DNA of 64,000 nucleotides. Source: Mobula hypostoma (lineage: Eukaryota). The stretch lies in contig NC_086108.1 in assembly GCF_963921235.1 (NCBI RefSeq), positions 31,870,001 to 31,934,000 on the forward strand, written 5' to 3'. Below are positions 26,011-39,811 of the stretch, piece by piece. A program made the translations under genes and the position numbers. The notes beneath the pieces are model-generated. The model searched no databases and was not told where the DNA came from. It saw only the letters and a list, made by a program, of their open reading frames with translations. Position 1 is the first letter of the stretch, and each line of letters starts with the position of its first letter.

Positions 26011-26874
26011 GGACAATCAAGAATGGAGGAGGAATTAGTGCAATTTATATTTGTGGCTATGTGTACTCTGGATCTAACCTTTAATGCAGTCTGTTTGCAG
26101 AGTGCTTGAGATAAAAGATCAGGGTGGGTGTGTGAACTCAAAACATAAAACTAATCAAAATAAAAACAAGGGAGTCTGGAATGTGTGTACATTGGTTTCG
26201 TTTTTATTTTTAGCGAGACGTCCACATAGGATATGGTGATGTGATGACATGCCATTTACATATAACTGGTAATGAATTATTTAAACAAGAATGCTTAATC
26301 AAATGATATATTTACAGTGTTACTCAAATATTACTGAAATACATAACACTCATCCCTGCTTAGCTATAAACTCCAACTCAGAGTACAGTATGTGCAAAAG
26401 TGTGGGGTACACGTACTGTGTAGCTAGGGTGCCTAAGACACAGTGCACAGTGCTGTATTTGTCAATGTGGAATGGCGAGAGTTTATAAATCTGGCAGGAG
26501 CAAAAGATGTTGGGAATGGCGAGGGTGGAGCAGGTGTGGGACAGGTGGCAGAGAGGGAATGCCGGGGTGGTGGCTGGCATAGGTGCAAGCACACCCAGCT
26601 TTGATATCTGGCAAAATCATTTAATTCCAAACAATTGGTTTATTGATCATCACAGAATGTGTCTCTAGTGCTTCCCGCTCCCCACTTCCCCTTTTCACAA
26701 CCATGATTTCCCTCTCCCTGCCCCCTTCCCACTCAGTGCATAACAAAGACTCATATCAGAATCAGGTTTCTCATTATTCACATATGTCATGAACTTTCTT
26801 TTTGCAACAGCCATACAGTGCAATATATGAAATTACTACAGTACTGTGCAAAAGTCTTAGGTACCCTTGCTATA

Positions 26875-29484
26875 CAGCGCTGATAAAAAGTATTTGCCCT
26901 CCCCACCACCCCCCCCCCAGAAGTTTTCATGTTTTATCGTTTTACAACATTGAATCACAGTTGGTTTAATTTGGCTTTTTTTGACACTGAACACAAGAAA
27001 AGGACTCTTTTGTGTCGATGTGAAAACATACTTCTACAAAGTGATCTTAATTAATTACAGATATAGAACACAAAATAATTGATCGCATAAGTATTCACCC
27101 CCTTTAATATGACATGCCAAATCATCGCTGGTGCAACCTATTGATTTTAGAATTCACATAATTTGTTAAATGGAGATATGTTTTTTGAGGCCTGTGTGCA
27201 GTCGAGGTGTTTCAATTGATTGTAGTAAAAATACACCTGTATCTGGAAGGTCCAACGACTGGTGAGTCAGTATGCTGGCAAAAACTACATGATGAAGAGA
27301 AAAGAACAGTCCAAGTAACTCCACGAAAAGGTTATTGAAAAGCACAACTCAGCAGATAGATACAAAAAAATTTCCAAGTCACTGAATATCCCTTGGAGTA
27401 CAGTTAAGTCACTCATCAAGAAATGGAAAGAAGATCACACAGCTGTTAATCTCCCTAGAGCAGGCCATCTTCAAACACTGAGTGACCGTGCAGGAAGGGG
27501 ACTAGTGAGGGAGGCCACTAAGAAACCTATGACAACTCTGGAGGAGTTACAAGATTCAGTGACTGAGATGGGAGAGAATATGTGCATACAACAACTGTTG
27601 CCCGAGTGCTTCACCAGTCACTGCCTTATGAGAGAACAGCAAAGAGAAAGCCACTGATGGGGGGGAGAAAACTCTTATGAAGTCTTGGCTAGAGTTTGCC
27701 AGGAGGCATGTGGGAGACTCTGAAGTCAGCTGGAAGAAGATTCTGGTCTGATGAAACCAAAATTTTTGGCTATGGACTAAATGCTATGTTTGGCATAAAC
27801 CAAACACCACGTATCATCAAAAACACATCATCCCCTATCATGAAGCATGGTGATGGCTACATCATGCTGTTGGGATGCTTCACTGCAGCAGGCCCTGGAA
27901 GGCTCGTGAAGGTAGAGGGTGAAATGAATACAGCAAAATGCAGAGAATTCCTGGTGGAAAACCTGATGCAGTCTGCAAGAGTACTGAGACTTTAAAGAAG
28001 ATTAGTTTTCCAACAAGACAATGACCGTAAGCATAAAGCCAATACACAGAAGTGGCTTAAAAACAACAAGGTTAATGTTCTGGAGTGGCCAAGTCAGAGT
28101 TCAGACCTCAATCCAATTGAGAATTTGTGGCTGGACTTGAAAAGTGCTGTTCACTCACAATCGCCATGCAATCTGACAGAGCTTGACCAGTTTTGTAAAG
28201 AAGATTTGGGAAAATTGGCTTGTCCAGATGTGCAAAGCTGATAGAGACCTATCCACACAGACTCGAGGCTGTAATTGCTGCCAAAGGTGCATCTACTAGA
28301 AGGGGGTGAATATTTATGCACCCAATTATTTTGCGTTTAATAACACTCGACAACAAAGATTTTGCTTCCTGAATACCTTTAGGTGTATCTTAAGAATTTT
28401 GGGCTACTGATGATGAAAATCACCATGAAATTTCCCTATCACGCACTTTTTTTAAATAAACTTATGTTTATTGTTTCAATTCACAATTCAAGTCAATTAA
28501 AATGTTGCCTACAGTGTAAGCTGGAAAGTTTCCTGTCTTGTCCAGGCATGTTTGGGCATGCTTAGCACAGCTGCTGCATGGCAGGACATGTTTTAGTAAT
28601 AATTATTGGATTCAGGACTGTAAAGATGGAATTTACTATCACCAAGCACAAAAACTTCTATGAAGGATTTTGATATTTGAGACACATGCTTCCCAGAATA
28701 ACTGATGCTGAGATTAAGGAAAGCATTTTTGTTGGTCCACAAATCAAACAGGTCATCAATGGCAGGCAATTTGAAGAATTTCTAGTGGGACCGGAGAAGT
28801 TGTTGAAATTTTTCTCGGCATCTACAGAGCACTAAACTACATGCAGCTGGTTGAAAGCATGCTTCAAGCATATAAAACCATGAAATGTAACATGTCACTA
28901 AAGATTCATTTTCTGCATTCCCACTTAGACTTCTTCCCTGCAAATCTTGGTGCTGTTAGTGACGAGCATGGTGAAAGGTCTTACCAGGACATTGCGGTCA
29001 TGGAGAAAAGATACCAGGGCATCTGGAATCCATCAATGCTGGCGAATTATTGTCGGACACTTAAGCGAGAAGCCTCAGACACTGAGTACAAATGAAAATC
29101 ATTAACAAAATATTTTTAACTCAGTTGAACTATTGCAAAGCATCGGCACCATTATGCATTTAAACACATAATTTAATTTGTTGTTTCTCCAAATTCTTAC
29201 GTGATGCAAGTAGTCTGAAATTATATTTGTGTTCATCTTCAAGCAGTCTGTCATAAACAAAAAAAATTCTGAGGAAGCAACACTTTTGTAAAAAATTGTT
29301 GTCCAGTGTAATTGTAACAAATTTAGACCAATTTGTAGGAACTCGTTTTCACTTTGATACGAAAGAGGCTTTTCTATTGATCGGTGTCAAAAAAGCCAAG
29401 TTAAATCCACTGTGCTTCAATGTTGTAAAACAATAAAACATAAAAGCTTCCAAGGGGAGGTGAATAATTTCTATAGAGGCACTG
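26875..29484 (+). mobile_element. Tc1/mariner transposon (IR-DR type), degenerate transposase
   Basis: TA flanks and ~200 bp TIRs. Motifs WSDETK, KHGDGYIMLLGCF, FQQDND.KH and LEWPSQSSDLNPIENLW; multiple stops and frameshifts. Confidence 0.9.
28344..29308 (+). mobile_element. Chapaev3-like (CMC) DNA transposon, deleted, inside the right TIR of Tc1
   Basis: TIRs cactcgacaacaa / ttgttgtccagtg and TAA TSD. ORF 28841-29095 reads MSLKIHFLHSHLDFFPANLGAVSDEHGE...QDIAVMEKRYQG. Confidence 0.75.
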
Positions 29485-32400
29485 TAATTATGTACCTAAG
29501 ACTTTTGCATGGTACTGTAGAATACATCTCAACATTTATAAAGGATATACTATATAATACAACTATAGACACCCACAGCATAGTATATTTTAAATTGTCC
29601 CATTCAGCCTAAAGATTTGATGGCTGTGGTAGTTTTCTTATTCTTGTGGGGTAACGTCTTTTCTGACAAGGGAGGTCCCTGCTTGGCAAGTAAGACTTGT
29701 GGCTGTAAAAACAACCTCAAGTTCTGAGGCCTCCTCTGTGATGGTTGTGGGAGTTGACTCTGGGACTGCAGAAGTGTTTCTGACAGCTCTGGAGTTAACT
29801 CTGGACACTTTTCTTCTGGACCTGTTGGCATCCCAAACAATGCATGGCAAGCTTTACTGGATGATGTGGATCATAATATGTGAGTACAAGGTCTAACTGT
29901 AGACCTTCCTTTACTTTTTGGAAAGTCATGTCACACTCCTGTGTCCAGTGCCATCTCTTCCCTATCTGTAGTAATGAGTTCAAGGGGTAGAGCACAGTAG
30001 CCAGGTGTGGCAGGAACCTATTATAATAATTGACAAATCTGAAAAAGGATTGCATCTGTGTCGTGTCTTTTGACCTTGGGCCATTCACCATTGTTTAAAT
30101 TTTCCCAACACATGTAATTTTTGTGCCATCAATGGTGTGAGCACATTAAATAATGCTTGGTTTAAAGAATTCATACATAACATGTCGTGCTTTGAGCCCA
30201 TGATCTAATCTTTTTAACAATATCCTGAGATTTTGGAGATGTTCCTTGCCATCCTCACCAGTAATCATGAGGTCATCCGGGTAACACTGAGTGCCTGGAC
30301 AGCCTTGCAGCACCTGGCCCATAGCTTTCTGGCAGAGTGCGGGTGCAGATGCTACTTCAAAATAAGCTTATTATAGCGATAAAGCCCTTTGTGAGGGTTT
30401 AAGGTGAAAAACCCTTTGGTCTCTTCTTCCATCTCCATCTGTTAGTCCTCAGCTAAGTCCACTTTGAAGTGTTTTCCACCTGAGAGGTTTGCAAAGATAT
30501 CCTCTATGCTGGGCAGATCATATTGATCCACTTTCAGTATAGGAATGATGTTGACCTTAAAATCACCACAGATCCTAACAGACCCATTCTTCTTGTCTAG
30601 TGGTGCTGCCCATGGACTCCACTCAACCTTGGAAAGAATTCATTCATTCTACATGTAATCTAGCTCACTGGCCACTTTATATGGTATAAGGGATCGGATG
30701 GGCTTTGTAAAACTTGTGTGTAGCACTTTAACACTTTTACCCTTGATATGTTTGAGATTTCCAATATCATCTGTGGCATCATCAAGTACCTTCCTTAATC
30801 CAGTTTCAGTTGACTCTGCAGGGGATGTGGCATGCAGATGGTGAATAGGTCTCCAATCAAGTTGTAGTTTTCTCAGCTGTTTCTGTCCCTACAACGCTGG
30901 CCCTCCTGTTTTACCACATACAGGGCCGATGTGGCTTGTTGTTTGTTGTATTTCACTGTTACAAATGTCATTTATACAGGAATTATCTTTCTCCAGTATA
31001 AATTCTTAGTTTGATATCTTCAGGCTTCAGTTCAGTTTCTTCGAAATGCCGTTCAAATTCATTTTGCAGAATGACAGAAACAGCCGAGCCGGTGTCCAAT
31101 TCCATTTTAAGTAATTTGCCATTCATTTCTAGTGCAAGCCATATTGCTTATCTATTGTTAGTTTTCACATTATAAATCCCAAAGCTACCCATACCTGCAT
31201 AACTCTCATCATTATCAAATTTTTCATCAACAGCATGCAGATTAGTGCTCTTTCTGAAACTACAACTTTTTTATCTTTTACTCTTCTATGTGCAATCCAT
31301 TTATTTTTGCCAACGTGTTCTTTGTATGTATCCTACATTATTGCTTTCTCTGCAAGTTTCACCTTTAAATCTGCATTGGTCTGGTCTCTTCGAGGCCCTG
31401 CCACAACAGTAGCTTTTGTTCAGCCAGGCAGGCCCCCATCTAGACCAGCAGTTCCCAACTTTTTTACGCCATGGAGCCTTAACATTAACTGAGGGGTTAG
31501 GCCTATATTCACTCAAATTCAGGTTGGGAACCCTGGTCTGGCTGCTGCAATTTTATTCGCCCTCACTTTCATTCCTGACTGCACCTCAATTGCATCTGTC
31601 TGCTGATACAGCTATTTCAACTGCTCCTTTAAATGTTAAGAATGCTTACTCAAACAATATGCTTACAATATTACTCAAATATTACTGAAGTATTTAACAT
31701 ACAACAGAGAATAGACAAGGTGCTAAGTGCATGCATCTGTGTACAAGCAAGTGTGTACCTTCTAGGTGACACCTATTCATGTGCCTACTGCATTTGTGTA
31801 TTAAATCCCATTCAACAGAGCTGGTCTCCGGTCTCCTTGGACCTCTTCAATGTTAGTTTTAAGGCTCCATGTGTGCTATTAAAGGAAACATTCTTAGGCA
31901 GGTTTCACTCCGCTTCAGGAAGTTCAGGGCCTGGAAGTCACAATCGTACTGGACAATCTCAGCAGTGACAGACCTGAATACTCATCAGCTATCACAGCCT
32001 GGGAACACCAACTCTTTGACATCAGTGCGATGTTGAAGATGTTTCTTTAAAGGGGGAAATAGTAGGTACACAGTTTCTGGATGGTCAAGCCAAAAGAAGC
32101 GCACCACCTTACAAATGTTCTACTGACCTGTGCCAGAAAGCATCTTCTCGATCTGTGGCTCCAATGTTGGTCTCATAAGCCCACTCAGACTCCACAAAAA
32201 TCAGCGTGGAAACAAGTTAACCTCAGTCCTAAGGAACTACCTTGGACGGGAAATAAGAAAGAAGGGAAATGCTAGGGTGAATTTCAGTAGATCCAAAGAG
32301 GGAGCAAGATGAGTTCTCTGAAACAGTTGAGGTTAATGTTCAACAGTGTTAGCTAAAAATTTAAGGCAGAAACTTGTTCATGACATACTTCAGCTCTGGA

Positions 32401-32764
32401 CTTCCAATGGCACTCATTACAAGGAATAGTAATCATGAGTGATAATATAAGATGCTTATGAATTGTGCACATATTGAGTGCTAACATTATATTCTATGAT
32501 TAAAGGTAGGTAGCTTTCAGAAATCAAACCTGTAGCAATGATAAAATAAGTCTGGGATTTTAATTATTTTGTTTTAAACTTTGCTGCTTTCTAACTTGGG
32601 ACAAATCCTCTATGACATTTATAGCCTATTTTATTTTATAAAGAGTTAAAAATGCAGAACCATCTAGCTGTTTCCTCCTTCACCATCTGCATTTATTTGT
32701 TATTTGTACATACAATGAACAAATTTACTATTTCTTTAAAAAAACATGTTTCTTTCATTTTTAG

Positions 32765-32945
32765 CATCGAAACTGAGAATGGAGACTACATGTTCTGTTT
32801 CGACAACTCATTTAGCTCTATATCAGAGAAGGTAGTGTTCTTTGAGCTTATTCTGGACAACATGGAACCTGAGGGTGACTCAGCCAAGTGGAATGATTTC
32901 CTACCAGGAGGGGAGTTGCTTGATATGAAACTGGAAGACATTCTA
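32765..32945 (+). CDS. TMED5: TMED5 coding exon 3
   Basis: Acceptor ttttag and donor gtacgt; phase matches exon 2 (AG+C = Ser); IETENGDYMFCFDNSFSSISEKVVFFELILDNM...LLDMKLEDIL. Confidence 0.95.
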
Positions 32946-33319
32946 GTACGTGTCAGCTTTCCTGTGGCTTTTATTCTGTTGCAAGTGTGCAAGAAAGTGG
33001 GTAATAGGGAACAAACAGCAATCAACCACTGTTTAACAGCCAGTAAACTCATAACTCTTATCTTGTTAGTCTGCTGAGTGATAAAATGGGTTGCTAAACC
33101 AATGCGTGGCAGAAATGATGTTGTCTTCCTTCCACTATGGGAATTAAACAAATTCAAAGTTGACTGTCTATTTGGATTTTCCTGGATAATGTGGTTTTAA
33201 AGATTAGGTGCAACATCCCCACTGATTCCTAAAACTTTCTCTGATTCATGCCAGTGAAAGTGAAGAAAACATTAGGAATGAAATCTTGGGTCCACTTTGG
33301 GAGCACAGACAAACTCTGT

Positions 33320-34115
33320 AGATAAGATATAGGAACGCAATTAGGCCTCTTGACCCATTGAGTCTGCCCCGCCATTTCATCGTGGCTGATCTAATTTTCC
33401 TCTCAGCCCCAATCAGCCTTCTCCCCATATCCCTTTATGCCCTGACCAATCAAGAATCTTATCAACCTCTGCCTTAAATATACATAAAGACTTGGCCTCC
33501 ACAGCTGCCTGTGGCAAAGAATTCCACAGACTCACTACTCTCTAGCTAAAGAAATTCCTCATCTCCATTCTAAAAGGATGCCCCTCTATTCTGAGGCTGT
33601 GTCCTCTTCTGCTAGACTCTCCCACCACAAGAAACATTCTCCCAACATCCACTCTATCAAAGCCTTTCACCATCTGATAGGTTTCAACGTGGTTACTCCT
33701 CATCTGAATTCGATTGAATATAGGCCCAGAGCCATCAAAAGCTCTTCATATGACAAGCCATTCAATCCTTGAATCATTTTCACGAACCTCCTTTGAACCA
33801 TCTTCAGTTTCAGTACATTCTTTTGAAGATAAGGGACCCAAACCTGCTCACGATACTCCAAGTAAAGTCTCACCAGTGCTTTATAAAGTCTCAGGATTAC
33901 ATCCTTGCTTTTATGTTCTGGACCTCTTGAAATTAATGCTAATATTGCAGTTGCCTTCCTCACCACAGACTTGACCTGCCAACTAACCTTTAGGCAATCT
34001 TAAACAAGGACTCTCAAGTCCCTATGCACCTCAGCTTTTTGTATTTTCTCTCCATTTAGAAAATAGTCAACCCTTTTATTTCTTCTACTAAAGTGCATGA
34101 CTATACACTTGCCGA
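33320..34115 (-). mobile_element. Older CR1 LINE 3' fragment
   Basis: Minus ORF 33700-33966 (LRLYKALVRLYLEY...VQRRF) with an (ataagat)n-like tail. Confidence 0.85.
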
Positions 34116-34384
34116 TAGATAGCGGGAGTAGTACAGTAACTCTCAAATTACTCAGCAACCAGCTTACCGGGCACCTCTTGTCCCATCTGCCAAACCCGCC
34201 CTCCCCGCCTCAGAGGAAATAAGTAATCCTCGTTATTGAGGTGCTGCCTGAAATGGAGAGAAACCACGCTTCTCTTGCTTTCGTACCCACCCTTTGCCCT
34301 TATTTTGATTTATCAAAAATTAAGCTATGTTCAATATTTGCTTTTCACTCTTCTGAAACTATCCTATTTTTCTGTTCGATTGCT

Positions 34385-35850
34385 AGAACATAGTACAACA
34401 GAGGTACAGGCCCTTCAGTCCACAGTGTTGTGCTGAACCATCTAAAAAGTAAATTAAAAATACTCAATTACCTCCTACCTACACAATGTCCATATCCCTC
34501 CATCTTGTTCACATTCACGTTCCTATCTAAACATCTCTTAAAAGCCTCTAATATATTTGCAGCACATTTCAGGCTTCCACCACTCTGAGTTTTAAAAAAA
34601 AACTACCCCTCCCATCCCCTTTGAACCTACCCCCTCTGCCTACCCTCTAGTATTAGACATTTCTACTTCGGGAAACAGATACTTCATGTCTGCGCTATCT
34701 ATGCCTCTCATAATATTCTAGACCTCTATCAGATCTCTCCTCAGCCTCCACCACTTCAAACAAAACAACCCAAGTTTGTCCAGCCTCTCATGATAGCACA
34801 TGCCCTCTAATGCAGGCAACACCCTGGTAAACCCCTTCTGCACCCTCCAAAGCCTCAACATACTTCCTATTGTGGGGCAACCAGAACTGTACATAATACT
34901 CCAGATGTGTTCTAATCAAAGTTTTATAAAGTTACAGCGTAACCTCTTGACTTTTGAACTCATTGCCTCAACTAATAAAAGCAAGCATGCTATAAGCCGC
35001 CTTAACCACTCTATTGGTCTGTGTAGCCACTTTCAAGGAGCTGTGAACTTGGATCCCAAGATTTTGCCCTTAACAGTGTACTGTCTCCTTGCATTTGCCC
35101 TACCAAGACGCAACACTTCACATTTATCTGGGTTAAACGCCGTCTACCATTTCGCAGCCCATATCTGCAACTGATCTGTATTGTTCTATAATCTTTGCCA
35201 GTCTTCTACACTATCCCCAACTCCACCAATCTTGGTATCATCCATAAATTTACCAATCCACCCGTGTACATTTACATCCAGGTCATTTATGTACATCACG
35301 AACAGTAGAGGTCCCAATACAGATCCCTGCGGAACACCACTAATTACAGACCTCCAGCCGGAAAAAGTTCATTCAACCACTACCCTCTGTCTTCTATGCG
35401 CAAGACTGTTCTGAATCCAAACAGCCAATGATAGACTTTTGTCGAACTTACTAAGATCTATGTTGGCAATATTCACTGCCGTACCTTCATCAATATCTCT
35501 TGTCACTGTCAAAAACTCAGGTTGGTAAGACACAACTTTAATACTCATTCGGAGGCCCTACACTTTCTCCTCCTCGACCTCTAAATGCCCTAACATATTT
35601 ATACAATCAGCACTGATCCTCTGGTCCTTTGTGTCCTTTTCCTTGGCAAATACTGAAACAAAGTACTGAGTTCCTCACTCAAGTTCTTCGCATCCAAGCA
35701 AATGTTCCCCTGTTTATCCTTGAGTGGTCCCACCCTCTCCCTTGGTATCCTCTTGCTCTTGGTACATGTATAGAATGCCTTGGGATTCACCTTAATCCTA
35801 CTTGCCAAAGACTTTACATAGCCTCTCCTGGTTTTCCTAATTCGCAATTA
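34385..35850 (-). mobile_element. Older CR1 LINE, degenerate
   Basis: Degenerate RT pieces (ggtgttccgcagggatctgtattgggacc; NPKAFY...RERVGPLKDKQGN). Confidence 0.8.
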
Positions 35851-36821
35851 CAAATTGGAATTCCTGATTTCTGCTATCCCAAATTCTCTCAGTATTTTCC
35901 CCTGGGCATTTATTTTTTCCCTCTGTGTACTCCCTGCTCTACAAATTGACTTTGCTATTATTTTCAGTAAGTATAACAATTCTAACAATGCAGTTTTACT
36001 TTGATTCTGCTTGAATAATCTGCAGGACAGAAGTACTTGCATTTATAAACATTTAAAGGTAGAAATAGAACAGGAAATAGCAACATTTTGATCCTACCTT
36101 GACATTTGGTGCATCGAAGGATACAGTACAGAATTGATATAATGCAAGACCCAGGTTACTTAATGCTGAGAACCACAAATGTCCTGACAATTTTAAATAG
36201 TATAAATAGGAGCATTGTATAGTACATTATGATAAAATGGTGCTTTTTAAAAATTCAAATTACTGTGTGTACATATCTGTAAAGACTCAGCTGAATGCTA
36301 TAGAATTTGGCTCCATTGATCTGCTTTCGGGCTGTACTCTGGGATTTGTGTGGGAGGAGGAGAAACTAAAGAAGTAGAAATTCCAGTATAGATTCTTTCT
36401 TCATATATTCACTTCCCTTTAGCTTTTTAACTTTTAGCCTTCCCTCCGGAGTTCATGGAGCCAAATCTCACTTGCTTGATAGCATAACCTGCCGGAGATT
36501 AATGATATGTCAACCATAATTAATTTTCTGTTTCCAACTACAAATGATTATGAGAATCTGAGGGAAAATACAAAAAATGGCAAATGTGGAAAACAGGTTT
36601 GCAAGCTGGGGAAAGTAGAGTTTGTTTTGGAGGGAATTTTTCCCCACTCGGAAACAAGTGCAATTGTGCAAATAATCTTGTTCCATGCACTTCATTTGGA
36701 GGATAACTGAGGTCACTACTAATTCATTTGTGGTTATGTTCATTATTGAAGGTGACAATCAGCCTGTCAAAAGTCGCACAGGAAGAATTGGGTCAGCTGA
36801 CAGAAACTTGTTCTGTGTAAT

Positions 36822-37085
36822 GCAGACACAAGAGACTACAGATGCTGGAATCTGAATAAACAAGCAATCTGCTGGAGAAACTCGGCAGATCGAGCAGCAT
36901 TTATGGCAGGGTGAGGGAGAGGAATAATGCAGGGTCCTAATGGCAGAATTTCAGACACCAGAACCCTGCATCATTCCTCCCCTGACCAAATCTCATAGGT
37001 GCTGCTCAACTTGAAATGTCAACAATTCCTCCCACCGCATCACAGACGCTGCTTGATTCACCGAGTTCCTCCAACAGTTTGTTAT
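36822..37085. mobile_element. Older Penelope-derived fold-back insertion
   Basis: Imperfect inverted arms; 14-bp TSD ttgttctgtgtaat at 36808-36821 and 37086-37099. Confidence 0.7.
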
Positions 37086-37270
37086 TTGTTCTGTGTAATA
37101 AACATGACTCTAAAAAGTATTTTAGATCATGTAAATTGTTGAATTAATATGAAATGTATGTTTAAAAAGTTTTGTTTTAAAATAGAATTGCATGCAGCTT
37201 TTCATTTGTAACTCGAACATCTGTATTCTGAAATGCAAATTTTTTTTTTCTTTTGCGGGGTGTTATTTAG

Positions 37271-37489
37271 GAAACTATAAACAGTGTGAAAGGAAGACTG
37301 AGTAAAAGCAACCAGATTCAGGGGCTGCTTCGGGCCTATGAGGCACGTGATCGGAACCTCCAAGAAGGCAATTATGATCGGGTGAATTTCTGGTCAGTTG
37401 TGAACCTGGCTGTGATGCTCATTGTTTCAGGTCTGCAGGTATACATGCTGAAAAATTTATTCAATGACAAGCGAAGAAGCCGAACGTAG
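37271..37489 (+). CDS. TMED5: TMED5 last coding exon
   Basis: Acceptor tatttag; ETINSVKGRLSKS...EARDRNLQEGNYDRVNFWSVVNLAVMLIVSGLQVYMLKNLFNDKRRSRT* (coiled coil, transmembrane helix, cytosolic tail). Confidence 0.95.
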   Translation, partial: ETINSVKGRLSKSNQIQGLLRAYEARDRNLQEGNYDRVNFWSVVNLAVMLIVSGLQVYMLKNLFNDKRRSRT

Positions 37490-39773
37490 TGGCTGAGAAG
37501 TGATTGTTGATTAAGAAGACAAGATGGTGTCTGGAAGGGCACTGTAGTTATTAAAAATCGTGTATGCAGGGATTTCCTTTACCGTAGACACTTATATTTA
37601 AAGATATTCTATAAGGCTTATAATTAAGCAACAAAATGGTCAGAAAAAGAGAAACGTCATGTTCTTTGGGAGAATAAATGGATACATTGAGCTTTAATAC
37701 TATTAGCGACACAAACTAAGAGCTTAAAGCCTTAAATTCACTGCCAAAACAAGCTGGTGATCTCTGCTAGCACATAAATAAAACAATTAATGCTGGATCC
37801 TCACCACTAGCCATCTGCCACATCCTGAAAGCTGCTTTGGACGGAGTCACCAGTTTTCAAGGTTGCGATATTATGACATTGAGTGTTGGTATCTGTCAAC
37901 ATTGTACTTGGACTTGAATGTCTGAGCCTTTTAAGTCAAGTATAATAGATTCTTCTAAAGTACAAAGGCTAGTGTGCTGTTGTATATGAGTAATGATGCT
38001 CTGGACATTTGTACCTGAACATTTCATAGCCCACAGCAGCAAAACATGCTGACTGGGGTCAAAGTACAAGTTGGCTTCCTACTCACTCGGTCTGCCTTTT
38101 TTTTTTGAAGAAGTTAATTAGTACATACTGCAGAAATTATGTAATAATATTTTTAAATTTTCATACATGACAAAGAGCAATGAATTCTTAACAGAAACTG
38201 TGATGGTACAATCTGTGAATATTCTGATGTAAAATTTCATCCATTTACTCTATCAATGTGTGCAGCAATTCAATAGATCTACTTGAAGCCAAAATATAAG
38301 GAAGCAACATCAAATTGATTTGCAAAGGTTGAACAATCTAGGAAATGCACTGTTCTCCAAAACCCTTCACCACAATACCCATAATAATCTGAGCTCATTT
38401 ATTTTATTATGGGCATTTTTTTTTGCTACTTTCTCTTGCACATTTGTGGTACAGTGTGAAGGTTATTAGTATTATAATCTGCCTTACTCATCATTTTAAG
38501 GTTGTCTCAGCCCCATTAATTGTGGCTTCAGTAGAATTATAGTTTCATGGAAAATCTTAAGTGTAGTTGCATATTATGAAAGCGGTTTTTACAAATGTTG
38601 TCAGTCTTGTTCCCTTGAAATATTGTTGTCTGGAGAACAATTCCCTTTGGATTCTTTAAAACATCACGTATAAATTTTGACATGGTTGAACCCATTTTTA
38701 CTTTTTTCCCCATGAATGATCTTATAATTGATTCGAACATTGGAAAAGGCTTGTATAACAATTAAAGATACTGGTTTAACAGATCTTTTAGGTACTTTTC
38801 ACTGGTTTCTTCTGTGTTACTGATCAAGGAAAGCAAGTGCAAACGGGAAGTTGACTATAGGCTACAAGTGTTTCACTTAATGTTGTTTAGAGCTGTACAA
38901 TGACAACTCTCAGAAATTTGCTTTGTGTCACACAAATTACAGCCATTCTATAAAGTACTTTTGTCCATAATATGATTTCCAAGTTTCATGTGCAGTGTTT
39001 TCTTGGGGGGAAATTGAGTCTCATTGTTCAAGGATCGATTACTCTACTGGAACTGCTGTATGTTTCCCCGACAAAAACTGATAACGAGAATATTTTTGTC
39101 TCTGAAACCTACCTTCCTTTACCTCCTATACAAGGGCAAGTTTGTGCCTTGTGTCAGATTAAGAAAAACCTTAACCCAGATTTTGGAGGATGTCTATCAT
39201 AACATTCTGTGGATAAAGTAATGTGATGGGCCTCCAACAATTCAGGTTATAAGCCCATGTTGACATTGGGTTCGGTCTTGTGTCTTCAGCATGACTTGCA
39301 AGATATTGTTTTTTCAGTGAAAAAAATGTTGCCTCATACAACAGTTAATAAATATTGTTTCCAGGACCAGTCTTGGCCTGAAAGCATAGGTATTAAGGGA
39401 AGTGTTGATGACAGCAGGATTGAGGAGGAGATGGGGGTGGGCGAGTGCTGATTGGGAAAATATTGAAGAAAGGGCAATAATGGTTGGAAGGGGTAAAGGT
39501 GGGGTTCATGGGGCAAGGCTGGGCTGTGTATTGGAAGAGGAGTGCACGCTGGACCCAGGGATCTGCCGAGGGTTTTGTGATTGTGACCTGTTATGAGACT
39601 TAAAGGTCAGACAGATATCTGGGGGAGGAGGTGGTTGTGTTCATTCCTTATAAGTTCTGTATGGGATACAAAAATATGTGGATACCATTAGCTGTTCCTG
39701 GAATAATATAAGCAACACACATCAAAGTTGCTGGTGAACGCAGCAGGCCAGGCAGCATCTGTAGGAAGAGGTG

Positions 39774-39811
39774 CAGTCGACGTTTCAGGCCGAGACCCTT
39801 CGTCAGGACTA
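39774..39811 (-). ncRNA. Minimal type I hammerhead ribozyme motif
   Basis: Mirror copy of 40098-40135. Confidence 0.65.

Larger units (their letters stand above)
26839..29518. mobile_element. Small TIR element (MITE) split by the Tc1 insertion
   Basis: Inverted termini cagtactgtgcaaaagtcttagg (26839) and cctaagacttttgcatggtactg (~29495-29518). Related units occur at ~26385-26457 and ~58632. Confidence 0.6.
26131..31699 (-). mobile_element. Gypsy LTR retrotransposon remnant hosting nested DNA transposons
   Basis: Related LTR ends (...ttactcaaatattactgaa...taaca at 26348 and 31699). Minus-strand RT/RNase H region (SFFRFVNYYNRFLPHLATVLYPLNSLL...VLTYYDP), protease-like MELDTGSAVSVI near 31070-31105, and gag zinc-knuckle remnants. 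Confidence 0.75.

Noticed and set aside
31446..31535. Tiny hAT-like MITE inside the Gypsy element
   Set aside because: TIR-like ends (cagcagttcccaac / gttgggaaccctg) are present but there is no convincing 8-bp TSD, so it is left uncalled.
32652..33077. 141-aa ORF as a standalone gene
   Set aside because: It is TMED5 exon 3 read through into the flanking introns.
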